64,000 bases of DNA, from contig OZ024740.1 in assembly GCA_964016885.1 (NCBI GenBank), positions 256,928,001-256,992,000 of the forward strand, read 5' to 3'. The position numbers and the translations under genes are program-made. The notes under the pieces were generated by a model. It had not been told where the DNA came from, ran no database searches, and was given only the letters and a program-made list of their open reading frames with translations. Within the stretch, counting starts at the first letter, position 1. Each line of letters begins with the position of its first letter. This stretch comes from Eledone cirrhosa. Taxonomy: Eukaryota. Shown piece after piece: positions 14,162 through 27,019 of this stretch.

Positions 14162-15498
14162 CTCTTTTTCCTGTTCCAGCCATCCGGTTGAATCCATGCT
14201 GGAGCACCGCCCTTGTTGCTACACATTTTATCTCCAGCCTCTATTGGTTGGCCACTGGTGTAAGAGGGAGTTTGTTGCTGCTGCCCTTAGGTTTCCCTCG
14301 TGCCTTGCTGTGGGCTCATCCGGGATCCTGGATAGCAAGGTGTCGAGATGTTTCTTGAAGACATCCACCTCCACACCATGCAGATCTCTCAGATCCCTCG
14401 GCAGCTTGTTGAAGAGTTGAGTGCCCTTGAACCCCAGGCTATTGCAATATCTGCTCCTTATTCCAGATGTGGAAGACGGGACCTTTGGCACCGCACAGTG
14501 ACGTTCTGTTCGACGGTTGGTCCAGCTCCCAATGCCAAAGTTTGGTGCTAGTCCCTCCAGGATTTTCCACATGTAGATCACTGCGTATCTCTCCCGTCTT
14601 CGCTCCAAGGAGTAGAGGTTCAGTTCCTTTAGCCTCTCCAAGTAGCTTATGTCCTTCATCGTAGCAATCCTCTTGGTGTAGCTTCGCTGGATTGCCTCGA
14701 GCTCCGTGGTTAGTTTGACACTATGGGGTGACCACAATTGGAAGCAATAGTCCAGGCGGCTTAGGACAAAAGTCCTCCATAGTGTCAACATGGTGCCTCG
14801 GTCTCTTGTCCAGAAAGTCCTCAAGATCCAGCCAGCGAATCGTCTGCACATTGTCGCCACTTTCATGATGTTTGAGGAGAAAGATGCATCATCGCTCATG
14901 TCTATACCCAGGTCTCGTATCAATTTTGACACGGGGATATCGGTCCCTCCTGGTCCTGCGTAACTGTGTTGTACTCTATTTGTGTTTGCAGCTTTGTATT
15001 GTAGGGCTTGGAATTTGCCAGCATTGAACTGCATGTTGTTTTCTTCCGCCCATTTGTATATGGCATCCATATCTTGTAAAAAGGCAGCGTCAGCCGGGTT
15101 TTTGATTGCCTGTGCTACCTTAGTGTCATTAGCATAACTAGTGAGGGATGTTGTTGTATGTACTACAGAGGGCATGTCTGAGAGAGCCACCAAAAACAGT
15201 AGTGGTCCCAGGACTGTCCCATGGGGCACCCCACTTGTTATTGATGTTTCCTTTGAGAGGGCCCCGTTTGCTGCGACTGTCTGGCTTCTGTACTTTAAGA
15301 AGTCATGCAGCCACTCACCTACTTTTCCAGTTATGCCGAGTCCGTGTAGTTTGTGACATATCATTCCGTGGTCGACCTTGTCAAAGGCATTCGCAAAGTC
15401 AAGATATATCACGTCCACATGTGAGCTGTCTAGCAGTTGTTTCAGTACCAAGTGGTAGTGATGTAGGAGTTGTGTAAGGCAGCTTCTTCCTGGGTGGA
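14160..15498 (-). mobile_element. 5'-truncated CR1-like LINE (RT + 3' end); ORF 14228-15451
   Basis: IYLDFANAFDKVDH, SGVPHGTVLGPLLF, YAND (YADD mutated), RDLGI, RLDYC..LWSP, LYSLERRRER. Confidence 0.88.
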
Positions 15499-15509
15499 TA
15501 TATATATAT

Positions 15510-16050
<541 letters not shown>

Positions 16051-16055
16051 ATTTA

Positions 16056-16138
<83 letters not shown>

Positions 16139-16139
16139 T

Positions 16140-16720
16140 TATACAAATAAAAGGGAGAGTTAATAACTCATACAGATACTCTGTAATTAACAAGCTCAAA
16201 GTATAAACACTGACCATTTCAATAATATATGTAGTAATAAACACAGTAAATCGTGTGTCTAAAATTACGAGGGTTGAAATACCACATTTGTTTGAGAAAT
16301 TTAATCAGAAGCAAACGGAAAATACAGTATGAGTTATTAACTCATTTGTATTTCGGCTCCCTACTAGGTGAACTTATAAGTTGGGTGTATCAGGCTATTG
16401 TTTCTAGCCAATCCACTCACGCCACTTTTGACTTCTAGCACACGAGGTGAAATATTCATTCGCGTGGATTTGGCTTAGGTGTTTGTTTCAGTTAATCTAT
16501 TCTCTCGCTGATGATGCCCACGGATTATCTGTTACAAACACAATTCTCAGGGCGAAACAGATTAACGCCATAATCTGTCCGGGAGATGTCATAGTTATTG
16601 AGGCAGTCTGTATATATTTTATTTTATTTTATGTATATTCCGATTGCTTCTGATTAAATTTCTCAAACAAATGTGTTATTTCAACCCTCGTAATTTTAGA
16701 CATACGATTTACTGTATACT
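16140..16720 (+). mobile_element. Family G HHR element with inverted arms (16245-16320 / 16638-16714)
   Basis: cagtaaatcg..cagaagc is inverted relative to gcttctg..cgatttactg; flanked by (TA)n. Confidence 0.7.
16501..16586 (+). ncRNA. Canonical type I hammerhead ribozyme
   Basis: TCTCTCG CTGATGA t GCCC..GGGC GAAA CAGATTA-acgcca-TAATCTG TC CGGGAGA. All three stems form, with a GUC site (cleavage after 16579). Confidence 0.88.
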
Positions 16721-16921
16721 ACATATATTATATATATATATTTGAAAAAAAAGGAAAAAAATGACTTCACTGGTAGTGTTAAACATTTTTTTGGATTTAA
16801 TTTTATAATATAATATTATGAGTTGGTAGATCCAGTAAGTTCTTTGTTAACTTCGGTGGGAAGAATTTTAGAGAATCCTGGTTAACTTGGGTTGGAGAAC
16901 TTTCTCGCATTCGTCTGTCTG

Positions 16922-16969
<48 letters not shown>

Positions 16970-17377
16970 AATATATATATATATATATCTTTTTCTGCAC
17001 ACATACTTTTTTGATCTATACAAAAAAATACCCTCCCACTACAACCACCATAATACTCTTGCTTACCCGCTTAAAGTGCTTGTATTACATGTAATACCTT
17101 GCCACTCAATACTCGTATATAAATGAGACACACTTGCATGCCCCATGTATGACTAACGCATACACTATCTACTAGATCTGATTATCGAACTATCCTCTTG
17201 CATTCTCTGTGTTATCTGCCGCATGTATTTTAATTTTGATTTTAAATTTGAATTGCTATACAAATATAGTATAGTATAATATATGTCACTCCACTGTACA
17301 TCAATATGTATCTGTATATGTATCTGTATGTCTCTTGCGTTGGACAGGCGGTCAATTATATGTACAAGCATTAAAAA

Positions 17378-17430
17378 ATGCTCCGAAGACCGAAGCCTAG
17401 ATTTGGATGAAACAATTGTAAGTGAATAAA
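17378..17430 (+). ncRNA. Degenerate minimal HHR followed by AATAAA
   Basis: tgct CCGAAGA CCGAA..TTTGG at GAAA CAATTG TA agtg aataaa. U4>C core change; palindromic stem III. Confidence 0.4.
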
Positions 17431-17601
17431 TGCTTTGAACATAGCTTTTATTCTTGTGAATTCTATATAACTGCTCTGTAGAACAACTGATGTTATTACA
17501 TTGAGCTATTTATCTTAGTGGTAATAAGGTAGTAATAAATGACTGACCTTCCCTGTTTATAGTTTAAAATATACATAACTATAAATAGTATCCTTAATAA
17601 T

Positions 17602-17675
<74 letters not shown>

Positions 17676-17698
17676 GTATTTATATATGTATATATATG

Positions 17699-17793
<95 letters not shown>

Positions 17794-17916
17794 GTCCACA
17801 TCTTATGTTAACTATTTTCTCATTTTGACGCTATAGTCACATATATGTTATGGAATACTGTTAGTTTCTCGCTACAACAATTTCTATACTTTTCATTTAT
17901 ATATATATATATATTC

Positions 17917-18527
17917 GTGGCTACTTTGCAAAAACATTACATCATAGAGATGCAGTATTTTTGTGAGGTTTGCCAACTTATGAAGAGAATACCTCATTTA
18001 AAGTTTCAAAACACGTCCGCAAGGCGTGAGAGAGAATCCCAGAAAGGCGGAGGGGGAAATTATCACGTGATACAGCGGTCAAGAAACAGAGTTAAGCCTC
18101 TTACAACCAAGAGAAAAATACCACAAATGGCAGAGGGTGTATTAATATCTAGGCTACACACGAGGTGTCTAAGGAGGGCTAGAAGTGTAAATAGTGTAAG
18201 CTTGACCGCAGTCACTGTACTTCCGTGGTTACTCTACCGTAGGGAGTTATAGACAATAAAAAGAAATACACAGATACATGCGAATACATATATATACATG
18301 CATATACACACATATATCCCTGTATTTTCTCTTGGTTGCAAGAAGCTTAACTCTGTTTCTTGACAGCTGTATCACGTGATAAGTTCCCCCTCCGCCTTTC
18401 CGGGATTCTCTCTCACGCCTTGCGGACATGTTTTGAAACTTTAAATGAGGTATTCTCTTCATAAGTTGGTAAACCTCATAAAAATACTGCATCTCTATGA
18501 TGTAATGTTTTTGCAAAGTAGCCACGT
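17917..18527. repeat. (TA)n-flanked island with ~205-bp inverted arms (17917-18120 / 18322-18527)
   Basis: Near-identical translations ATLQKHYIIEMQYF.. on opposite strands. Confidence 0.8.
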
Positions 18528-18618
18528 AACTGCGCAGTCGAGAATGTAGAGGAATATTATGTATTTATATATTTTTTATTTATGACTAATGTTTCTTCTT
18601 TCTTTATAATGTATTACA

Positions 18619-18751
<133 letters not shown>

Positions 18752-19632
18752 GTAAGCGGACAGTACTTGATTTAGGAGTCGCAGAAACCCAAATGCTGGA
18801 GTCCGGGTAAATTTTTAATCACATATATTTTTATTTGTTTGACCCGAATTACTTGGTCGTTTCTTTGGTTGTGCGGATGTTTGTTTAACCATCGTCTCAA
18901 TGTGTTTTGGCCTCTAACCTATGTTGTAGCTCTGGTTCATCTGATTCATCGAGCGCTTGCCACACATCTCGGAAGTTGTTTTTCGTTAATTCCTAAGCCG
19001 AAATACGATTCTCGCTAATTTATATTTGTATTAATCTCCAGAGTCTAGCTATTGACCAGTTAATTTTCTTGATTTTTTTAGTTGATTCTATTGACTGATG
19101 AATAGCTTATGTTAACTTTAACCATTCTGTTGAGAGCCTTATTCGATTTGTGATGTTTTGCATTCTTGCAATAATATACACAACTGAATTCATTCGCCTA
19201 AAATAAGGATTGCCTCCCTTGCCGAACTCCACGTGGGCTCAGTAACCATCATTCCTTGAATTAGCAATTGAAATAAAACCTGTTGATAAATTGGCTTCCT
19301 TGTTCAATCATCTTACCAGAAGCCTAACATTATTTATGTCAGTGGACAGTAATTGATTTAGGAGTCGCAGAAACCCAAATGGTGGATTTTACCAACCATC
19401 CAGGGGTCCGGGTAAATTTTCAATCACATATATTTTTATTTGTTTGACACGAATTACTTGGTCGTTTCTTTGGCTGTGCGGATGTTTGATTAACCATCGT
19501 CTCAGTATATTTGGCCTTTAACGTATGTTGTAGCTCTGGTTCATCTGAATCATCGAGCGCTTGCCACACATCTTGGAAGTTGTTTTTCGTTAATTCCTAA
19601 GCCGAAATATGATTCTCGCTAATTTATATTTG

Positions 19633-19635
<3 letters not shown>
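18752..19635. repeat. (TA)n-flanked unit, ~590-605-bp period, ~1.5 copies
   Basis: ttgatttaggagtcgcagaaacccaaat..gattctcgctaatttatatttgta is duplicated (18766-19030 / 19353-19634). Confidence 0.8.
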
Positions 19636-19718
<83 letters not shown>

Positions 19719-19845
19719 TAAGTTAATGCGGGTGTTGAATCGGAGGTAACCACAGTAAGTAAGGTGCTCAATACATAGCAGAGTATAACAAATTTAATAT
19801 AGATGAGATTCTATAGGACTAGAACTGTTTCATTCTTAGGAAATC

Positions 19846-19878
<33 letters not shown>

Positions 19879-20522
19879 ATTATATATATATATATAGTAA
19901 TAATAATAAATTTGAAGACTAAACTCCAAAGAGGGCTCGATGTATTACCTGCATGAGTTTCAGAAGATCCCGTGAAAGCAGCGATTTTTGCTTAAACTTT
20001 CAACTGTCATTTTAATATATATTTAGCAGTATTAGTTATAGATCTTATCGAGATACGAGTGACATAATAATTATTTCAACAGCAGAAATTAGAGATGAAA
20101 GATACGTTTATTTTTTGATGTAGCACAAATAATGGTGTTGTACAGAGGCTGGTTTCTTGCGTGTGTTCCGTCGGCTTTCCAGTGGCTGTCTGTCCTTTCT
20201 TTCTGGCGTTCTCAACCGGCGTTGTTCTATCAAGGAGCGTGAGGCGTCTTACTACAGTACCTCGAGCCAGATTTTCAAATTATCGAAAATCGATGCCATT
20301 ACTCACATGTGGAGTAAGATGGCGAACAATGCAACAAGGGGGAGCTATCCGCTCGAGCAAAAATTGAATCCAGAACAAGGATTTGAAAAATGTTTAAAAA
20401 AAAACGACATGCATGCATAAAAAAACAAGGCAAAGAAAAAGCAGAAACACAGAGGCAAAAAAAAGGTGCTGCTAACAGTCTAAATATAGATGGTGCTGCA
20501 AAATTTTTTGGGCCAGTGGACC

Positions 20523-21654
20523 CTACGACCTGAACGGGTCGTGGTCTTGTAACGTGGCGATGGTGGTGGTGTAGGTTACAGGCGATGATGGTGGTTCAGG
20601 AACAGTCGTTCGCTCAACAGGCAAATACGAAGGGGTTCGTGGATCAGGAACCACAGCGTCCGTGTCAAGGTGCGCCTGCTTATGCCTGTCTAATGTAACT
20701 GTCTCCCTGGACCCCTTAATATCTAACGTGAAATGCTTAGCCGAGCGCGCTAAGACACGGTAAGGTCCAGTGTAAGGCTGTGTGAGCGGGGGCTTCACCG
20801 TATCATTCCTTACAAAGACATGCGTCCACGAGGCAATATCCCTCGGGACAGCAGTAATTTCACGTTCCTGCGTCGCTTTTCCAAGCAGCAATTTCACCCC
20901 TCATATTTGGCCAGAAAAATCTAGCTGATATGAGCTTTGCTGTGGCAGAAGATCCTGGATGCGAGATACAATGTAATCCCAGAAACACGGTCCGACGATG
21001 ATTCTCTGGAACGAAGGACCTAGGCACGTCCAAAGAGACGTCGCAGAGAATTTGGCCAACTGCAGTCGACAGAGGCAAGTATTTCATCTCGCAATTCGCA
21101 AACTCAGGCGATGTGACATCCAATGACTCAAGGGGAGGCTGATCCGCAGCCAAACGAGTCAGATCTATGACAGAGGATGACGAGATCGCTGTCACGGGTA
21201 AGCGGGACAAAGCATCGGCCGCTGTATTTAGTGAACCCGGAATGTGCTGGATATCACTCGTATATTGCGAGATGAAATCAAGGTGTCTCGTCTCTCTGGG
21301 CGAGTATTTATCAGCCTTCGCTCTCAAAGCAAAAGTCAATGGTTTATGGTCAGTGATGATAGTAAATTGTCTACCCTCTAGCACATGTGAAAAATGTTTC
21401 ACGACCAAATAGATGGCTAAAAGCTCTCTTCCAAAGGTGCTGTAGCGCGTCTCAGCAGGATTTAGCTTTTTGGAAAAAAACTCCAGCGGTTGCTGGTGAC
21501 CATTGATGTTTTGGTGTAGTACTGCGCCCACAGCGATATCCGATGCATCAACACAAAGCGTTAGCTTTGCACCGGGTACCGGGTGAGTCAGTAACGAAGC
21601 ATTAGCCAAAACAGTTTTGGCGTGCTGAAAATCAGCAAGTTGAGTGTCTGTCAA
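20523..21654 (-). pseudogene. Gypsy RNase H + integrase N-terminus fused to integrase C-terminus (DDE core deleted)
   Basis: VDASDIAVGAVL, YSTFGRELLAIY, TDHKPL, ADALSR, LHCISHPG, FFWPNM, then PPLTQPYTGPYRV (GPY/F motif). Confidence 0.88.
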
Positions 21655-23029
21655 AGAAATATCTTTGTTCTAGCCTCCGACAATTTTTCAAAATTTCCGT
21701 CAGGGAGAAAAGCAATTTTGCACAATTTGGCACGAAACGCCTATAAAAGTTAACCAGACCTAAGAACTGGCGTAACTGACGTAGTGAGGTCGGTGGAGGC
21801 AAATCCTCTATGACCTTAACTCGCTCAGGCCGGGGTCGAATACCGTCAGCATCGATGACGTGACCCAAGAAAGTCAGTGACTCAGCGCCAAAAACACATT
21901 TGGGTGCATTAAGCTGCACGTTATACGCCTTCAATCGGCGGAAAAGACGATTCAAATGGTGCGTATGCTGCTCTGGAGAAGAACTAGCAATGAGCAGATC
22001 GTCAATATAGGTATAGACGAAATCGAGGCCGCGAGTAACCTCATCCATAAACCGCTGAAAAGTACTAGCGGCATTCCTTAATCCGAACGGCATAGTCAAA
22101 AACTCGAAAGATCCAAATGGCGTAACTATAGCCGTTTTTGGAATGTCATTTTTATGGACAGGAATTTGATGGTACGCACGAATTAAATCTAGTTTGAAGA
22201 ATATCTTGCATCCCTGCAGCGAAGACGCAAAGTCTTGCAGATGAGGGATAGGATAACGGTCCGGTACCGTTATCGAATTCAGGCGTCGATAATCTCCAGT
22301 AGATCTCCAATCGCCATTCGCTTTCGGTACCATGTGTAATGGGGACGCCCACGGGCTCGTGGACGGACGAATAATCCCCATTTGCAGCATATGATCAAAC
22401 TCTGATCGTGCTGCTTTGAGTTTGTCCGGAGGCAAGCGACGAGGACGAGAGAAAACGGGAGCACCAGTTGTCGATATGAAGTGCTCCGTGGTATGAGTTG
22501 GTTCATCAAATCGAAAATTTCCCCGAGTCAGTTGCGGGAACGAGTTCAACAACGCATGGAAAGGATCACCGGTGTTAGCAAGAAAAAATGTCGGGCTAAC
22601 CGTTGGAACTCCTGCTGCCTTGCCAACAACAGTTAATCCCGTGATGCCATCAATTAGGCGTTTACCACGAAGGTCCACCGTCAATGAAAAATGGTGGAGA
22701 AAATCCGCGCCTAGAATCGGATACGGCAAGGCAGCGACAGTAAATATCCATTTAAAATCGCGCCACAGATTACGAAACTGCAAAGGTAACGAGATTTGTC
22801 CGAAAGTTCGAATCGGCGAACAATTTACTGCCTGCAACTCAATAGGCGTCTCAGGGGGAGTCTCCTTCATACAACACACAGGCCATACGGAACAAGCTGC
22901 ACCTGTGTCAACCAGAAAAGCTCTACCTGACAGCAGGTCCTCAATGAAAAAGTGACGGTTAGATGTTGTTTCGCAGAGCGCACTATCCGCCGTTAGTGAC
23001 TCTGGTCGTCTTTTCCCTCGTAAGCACAA
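21632..23029 (-). CDS. pol: Gypsy pol: aspartic protease + reverse transcriptase (frameshifted before RNase H)
   Basis: [64 protein letters not shown]. Confidence 0.92.
   Translation of the reverse strand: MCLRGKRRPESLTADSALCETTSNRHFFIEDLLSGRAFLVDTGAACSVWPVCCMKETPPETPIELQAVNCSPIRTFGQISLPLQFRNLWRDFKWIFTVAALPYPILGADFLHHFSLTVDLRGKRLIDGITGLTVVGKAAGVPTVSPTFFLANTGDPFHALLNSFPQLTRGNFRFDEPTHTTEHFISTTGAPVFSRPRRLPPDKLKAARSEFDHMLQMGIIRPSTSPWASPLHMVPKANGDWRSTGDYRRLNSITVPDRYPIPHLQDFASSLQGCKIFFKLDLIRAYHQIPVHKNDIPKTAIVTPFGSFEFLTMPFGLRNAASTFQRFMDEVTRGLDFVYTYIDDLLIASSSPEQHTHHLNRLFRRLKAYNVQLNAPKCVFGAESLTFLGHVIDADGIRPRPERVKVIEDLPPPTSLRQLRQFLGLVNFYRRFVPNCAKLLFSLTEILKNCRRLEQRYFFDRHSTC
22974..23017 (-). promoter_or_regulatory. 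Predicted -1 programmed ribosomal frameshift signal at the gag/pol overlap
   Basis: G GGA AAA in the gag frame (23017-23011), a 6-nt spacer, then hairpin CAGAG-T-CACTA..TAGTG-CG-CTCTG. pol is in the -1 frame. Confidence 0.65.
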
Positions 23030-23768
23030 GGAGGCCTACAACGGGCGGCTTTTTTACCATATCTTTCATGGTAATAACAATAGGATGTTCCTGGTGTGTT
23101 GGAAGGGCTACGGTGGCGAGAAGTTGAATAACGTCGTGAGCGGCTCCTCTGCCGTCCAAAGGACCTGAATTCCTTGCACAACTCCGCCATTTGACGAGTC
23201 ATGGCTTCCATTGTGGTGATTAAATTGCCATCAGACGCTGATGAGCGTGATTGAGGAAGAGAAGAGGAAGCAACGTACTTTGGCTTCGAAGTGTCTCTCT
23301 TCGTCACCTCTACAATTTTGTCAGCAGAGACAGCAATGTGATCCAGGGTATTCACCTCTAGCATATGAGCTATGATCGCCTGTACCTCTTGAGGTAGGCG
23401 AGAGAAGAACAATTGCTTCAGGAAAGGGCTATCCTGATCTTGGGAATCGCTCAAATCCCGCAAATGCCGGAGAAAAGCGGTAGGAGTCCTATCACCCAAT
23501 CGTTCGTCCTCGATCAATGACCGAAAACGACTCTCTACCGACTTACAATTCCTCCTCAAAATCTCGCCCTTCAAAAACTCATACGTCAAGTCAGAGGGGG
23601 GGTCTGTAATTAGGTCTTGGACCGAATCTGCTAGATTAGGGGAAGGCCGCTAATCAGTACAGCGAGGCGCTGGTCAGATTCGGTCTTACAGACCGTAAAA
23701 TACGCCTGTAACTGGGCAAACCACATCTTAGGTTTTCCAGTAAAGGCGGGAAAATGTGGCACATTCAT
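22993..23768 (-). pseudogene. gag: Gypsy gag (frameshift near 23635)
   Basis: PAF..KPKMWFAQL, LGDRTPTAFLRHLR, FFSRLP and the knuckle [18 protein letters not shown]. Confidence 0.8.
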
Positions 23769-24697
23769 GTTAACTTTTATGAAAAAATATATACATATAT
23801 ATATAAACAGCAATTAATGTACCCTTGTACAGTGAAAAGAGAACAGCCAATATTGAGAAAAAGTTAAAGGGCAAAAAGAAACAGACACTCAAAACGTAAG
23901 GAAATATGAAAAATACATAAAATACAGATATATATCTTTAAAAAAAAATTTTTCCTTCAACGTCTGTCCTCTCGCGTTGCTTCAACGAACCAGCCAAATC
24001 AAATAAGGTAAAAAAGAGGAGGAAAAAAATGTTTGTTTTCTTTTTAAAAAATATATCCGCGTTGGATATCAACAAAGGTAGCCAGTGGCTAAACATCCCT
24101 TAGAAAAAGGTAAGGCATGTATATCCCCATGTGGGGCAGTTATGTTCACAAAAAAAAGTTTAGTCTCTTCTCTCTTGATCAGTCATGGAACACACACGCA
24201 ATTCAAAAAATGTGTCCGTTACAAAACTGGGAAGGAACGCAACGCCACCTTGGAAAAATACACTTTTTTCTTTTTTTTCCTGTAAGTTGCAAAAAAGTTG
24301 GCAACGGAAATGAAATATTCAAGTGAATAAAAAAAAGTTGCTCTAAATTATCGACTATATATTTTTATCTTTATTTGGTGTAAACGTTTGTATACGTGCG
24401 GGAATAGGCGTTGCGTGGGTTCTGTATGTGCGTGCGTGTTTTTGTGTGTACGTGCTTGTATTTGCATGCCTATGGCGGGTGTTTTCGCATATGCATGTGT
24501 ATGTACGTATGGATGCGTGCATGTATATATTAAATTTTTGTTGATTTCAATTACCTCTGTAATTTATTTACATTATTCTTAACTCTGAAGCCGAGATTCA
24601 TTCGGTTTCCTAAATAGAATTTTAGTCTGCGACTTCAGTTATAGCATAAACGTGGTTTTGTCTTTGCGTGTACTTGTTTTCACCGGTCCACATAATG

Positions 24698-26248
24698 TCT
24701 TCCGGAGGCTGGCTGTCCGTCACACACGAACTGGGTAGGGAGTTTAGTCCGGTGAAACTGGGTGTCGGCGTGTCCGGTGGCTGTGAGGGAGCCTCTCATG
24801 CCATCAGGCAGTTTTCAGCAGCAGCCCATCGGTAGCGGCATCCAGGGACTCCAGGCATCTCATTGTCAAGCTTGACATGAGGAATGCCTTTAACTCTTTA
24901 CGCCGGGATCATCTGCTCGAGGCCTGCCTCAGCCGAGCCCCCTCTGCCTACCCGCTGGCCTACCTGTCATATGGGCTCCGAGCATGCTCCTAGCTGTTGA
25001 TACGGTCATACCCTCGGCTACTGGGGTTCAACAGGGCGACCCTTTGGGACCCTCCTGTTCGCCCTTGGTATTGACCACATCGCCCGGAGTATCACCACCC
25101 CTCTCAACGTTTGGTATCTGGATGATGCTACGTTGGGTGGGCCCGTACGGACGGTGTGCCAAGACCTTCAATCGGTGATTCCTGCCCTGGCGGGAGTCGG
25201 CCTCCAGTTCAACTCGGTCAAGAAGGAGGTGGTGAAAGTCAGCCTCGATGCTGTGAGCTTTGCAGCCTCCGTCTTGGACGTACGGTCCATTCTCCGCCAG
25301 GTTCTGATGACCCCCAAAGAGGATGTCCACATCCTCGGGTCACCGATCCACCCGCCAGCCATCCGCTCCACCATCAGGTCCAGGTTTCAACAGCTCCAGA
25401 CTCTCACGAGCCGACTGGGCTTGATTGACGGCCACCCAGCTCTCTTTCTCCCGAGGAACTGCTTCGCCATGCGGAAGCTCCTCTATACACTCCGCAGCGC
25501 TCCATGCTACACCCACACATCTCTCCTCGCTGATCTCGATACTTGTACACGAGCAGCAGCCGAGGAGATATGCAACGTCAAGTTTGACGACATAGGGTAG
25601 CAACAGGCCACTTTACCGGTCAGGTATGGCGGCCTAGGCCTACGGTCCCCTATGTCATTAGCTTTTTCGGCGCATCTTTCGTCGGTGACCTCGTGCCGCG
25701 TCCTCGTCAGCAGGGTTCTTCAAAACACAACAGAACTCTCTGTGTTCCGAGAACGTGAGGCCACCTGTGAGACGTGGGACGAGCTGGGACTTAGACCAGT
25801 AGACGTCCGTCATCCTTCTCCTCCTGTTGCCGCCAAATCCCCCCACCGCACTTGGGATGCCATCCAGTGCAGCCTGGCCTCAGACAGGCTCACGTGCCAG
25901 CTCGACCAGCACCGCCTTGCTTGTTTTCGTGCGGCCTCAAAACCCCACAGTGGTGCCTGATTCCATGCTCTGCCCTCCTTCTCCACTGGCACGCAGCTGT
26001 ATAACGATAGCATGCGCTTCGGCGTTTCCCTGAGGCTTGGCCTCCGGATCTGCGAGCCACATAAATAGGTGTGAGCCCCGCGAGTTGGAGTGGCTTTTCC
26101 AGCGCGTCTCCCTTGCCGTCCTCCGGGGAAACGCCTTCTCCATTCTGTCCGCCGTGGCTGTGGGTGGGCCCCATCGCGTACCATTACATTACTTGAATAC
26201 CATTCTTTCATCTCATACAAACTAAATATAAATAAATTGTAGTAGTAG
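24698..26248 (+). mobile_element. 5'-truncated, internally deleted CRE-like (RLE-type) non-LTR retrotransposon with (TAG)n tail and probable TAATG TSD
   Basis: LGVGVSGGCE, VKLDMRNAFN, GVQQGDPLGP, WYLDD, QATLPVRYGGLGL, FQRVSLAVLRGNA. TAATG at 24693 and 26249. Confidence 0.8.
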
Positions 26249-26588
26249 TAATGACGTATTATCTTCGTTTTTTCCGTTCATTGCCAGAGAACGTCTCCAC
26301 GAACCAACTAATAGAATATTAGTATACGACTTCATTTATAAAAGAAACGTGGTTTTGTCTTTGCGTGTAATTGTTTTTACCGCTCCAAATAATGACGTAT
26401 TATCTTCGTTTTTTTCCGTTCTTTGCCAGGGAACGTTTCCACGAACCAAAGTATCATCTTCCTGTCTTCCTTCGGTTGCAACGTTTTTCGAAATATTTAA
26501 TTCTGCGTTCATAGATTTATTATTTAAGTTTCAGAAGATCCCGTTATGGGTGAAATCAGCGATTCTTTCCTTAAACTTGAATTTGATA

Positions 26589-26698
<110 letters not shown>

Positions 26699-26699
26699 T

Positions 26700-26965
26700 A
26701 TAGGATGTGAGTTTTATTGTAGTACAATAAAGCAATGCAGATATTGGATAAGAAGCACTGTACAGTTTGTAGGACTGGAGTATACATAATATATAAGATC
26801 AAAAGATATGTTGATTTAAAACTGCACTATTCACAAGTGTTTTTTAACCTTCATATCATGTCTTCCTATTTTATCTGATGAAAACACAAATGTTATTGCA
26901 TGATGATATTTGTTTTTGAAATGCGCATAATAATATGCATGGAACTCTTTTAACCATTTTTTCAT

Positions 26966-26970
<5 letters not shown>
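26700..26970 (+). mobile_element. Family C copy with HHR (26869-26935) and an inverted 5' piece
   Basis: ttttat CTGATGA..GAAA TGCGCA TA ataata; homologous to 3637-3895. Confidence 0.72.
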
Positions 26971-27018
<48 letters not shown>

Positions 27019-27019
27019 T

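Larger units (their letters stand above)
20523..23768 (-). mobile_element. Ty3/Gypsy retrotransposon internal region (gag-PR-RT-RH-partial IN); LTRs not recognised
   Basis: Domain order and motifs are listed in the three component entries below. Confidence 0.92.
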
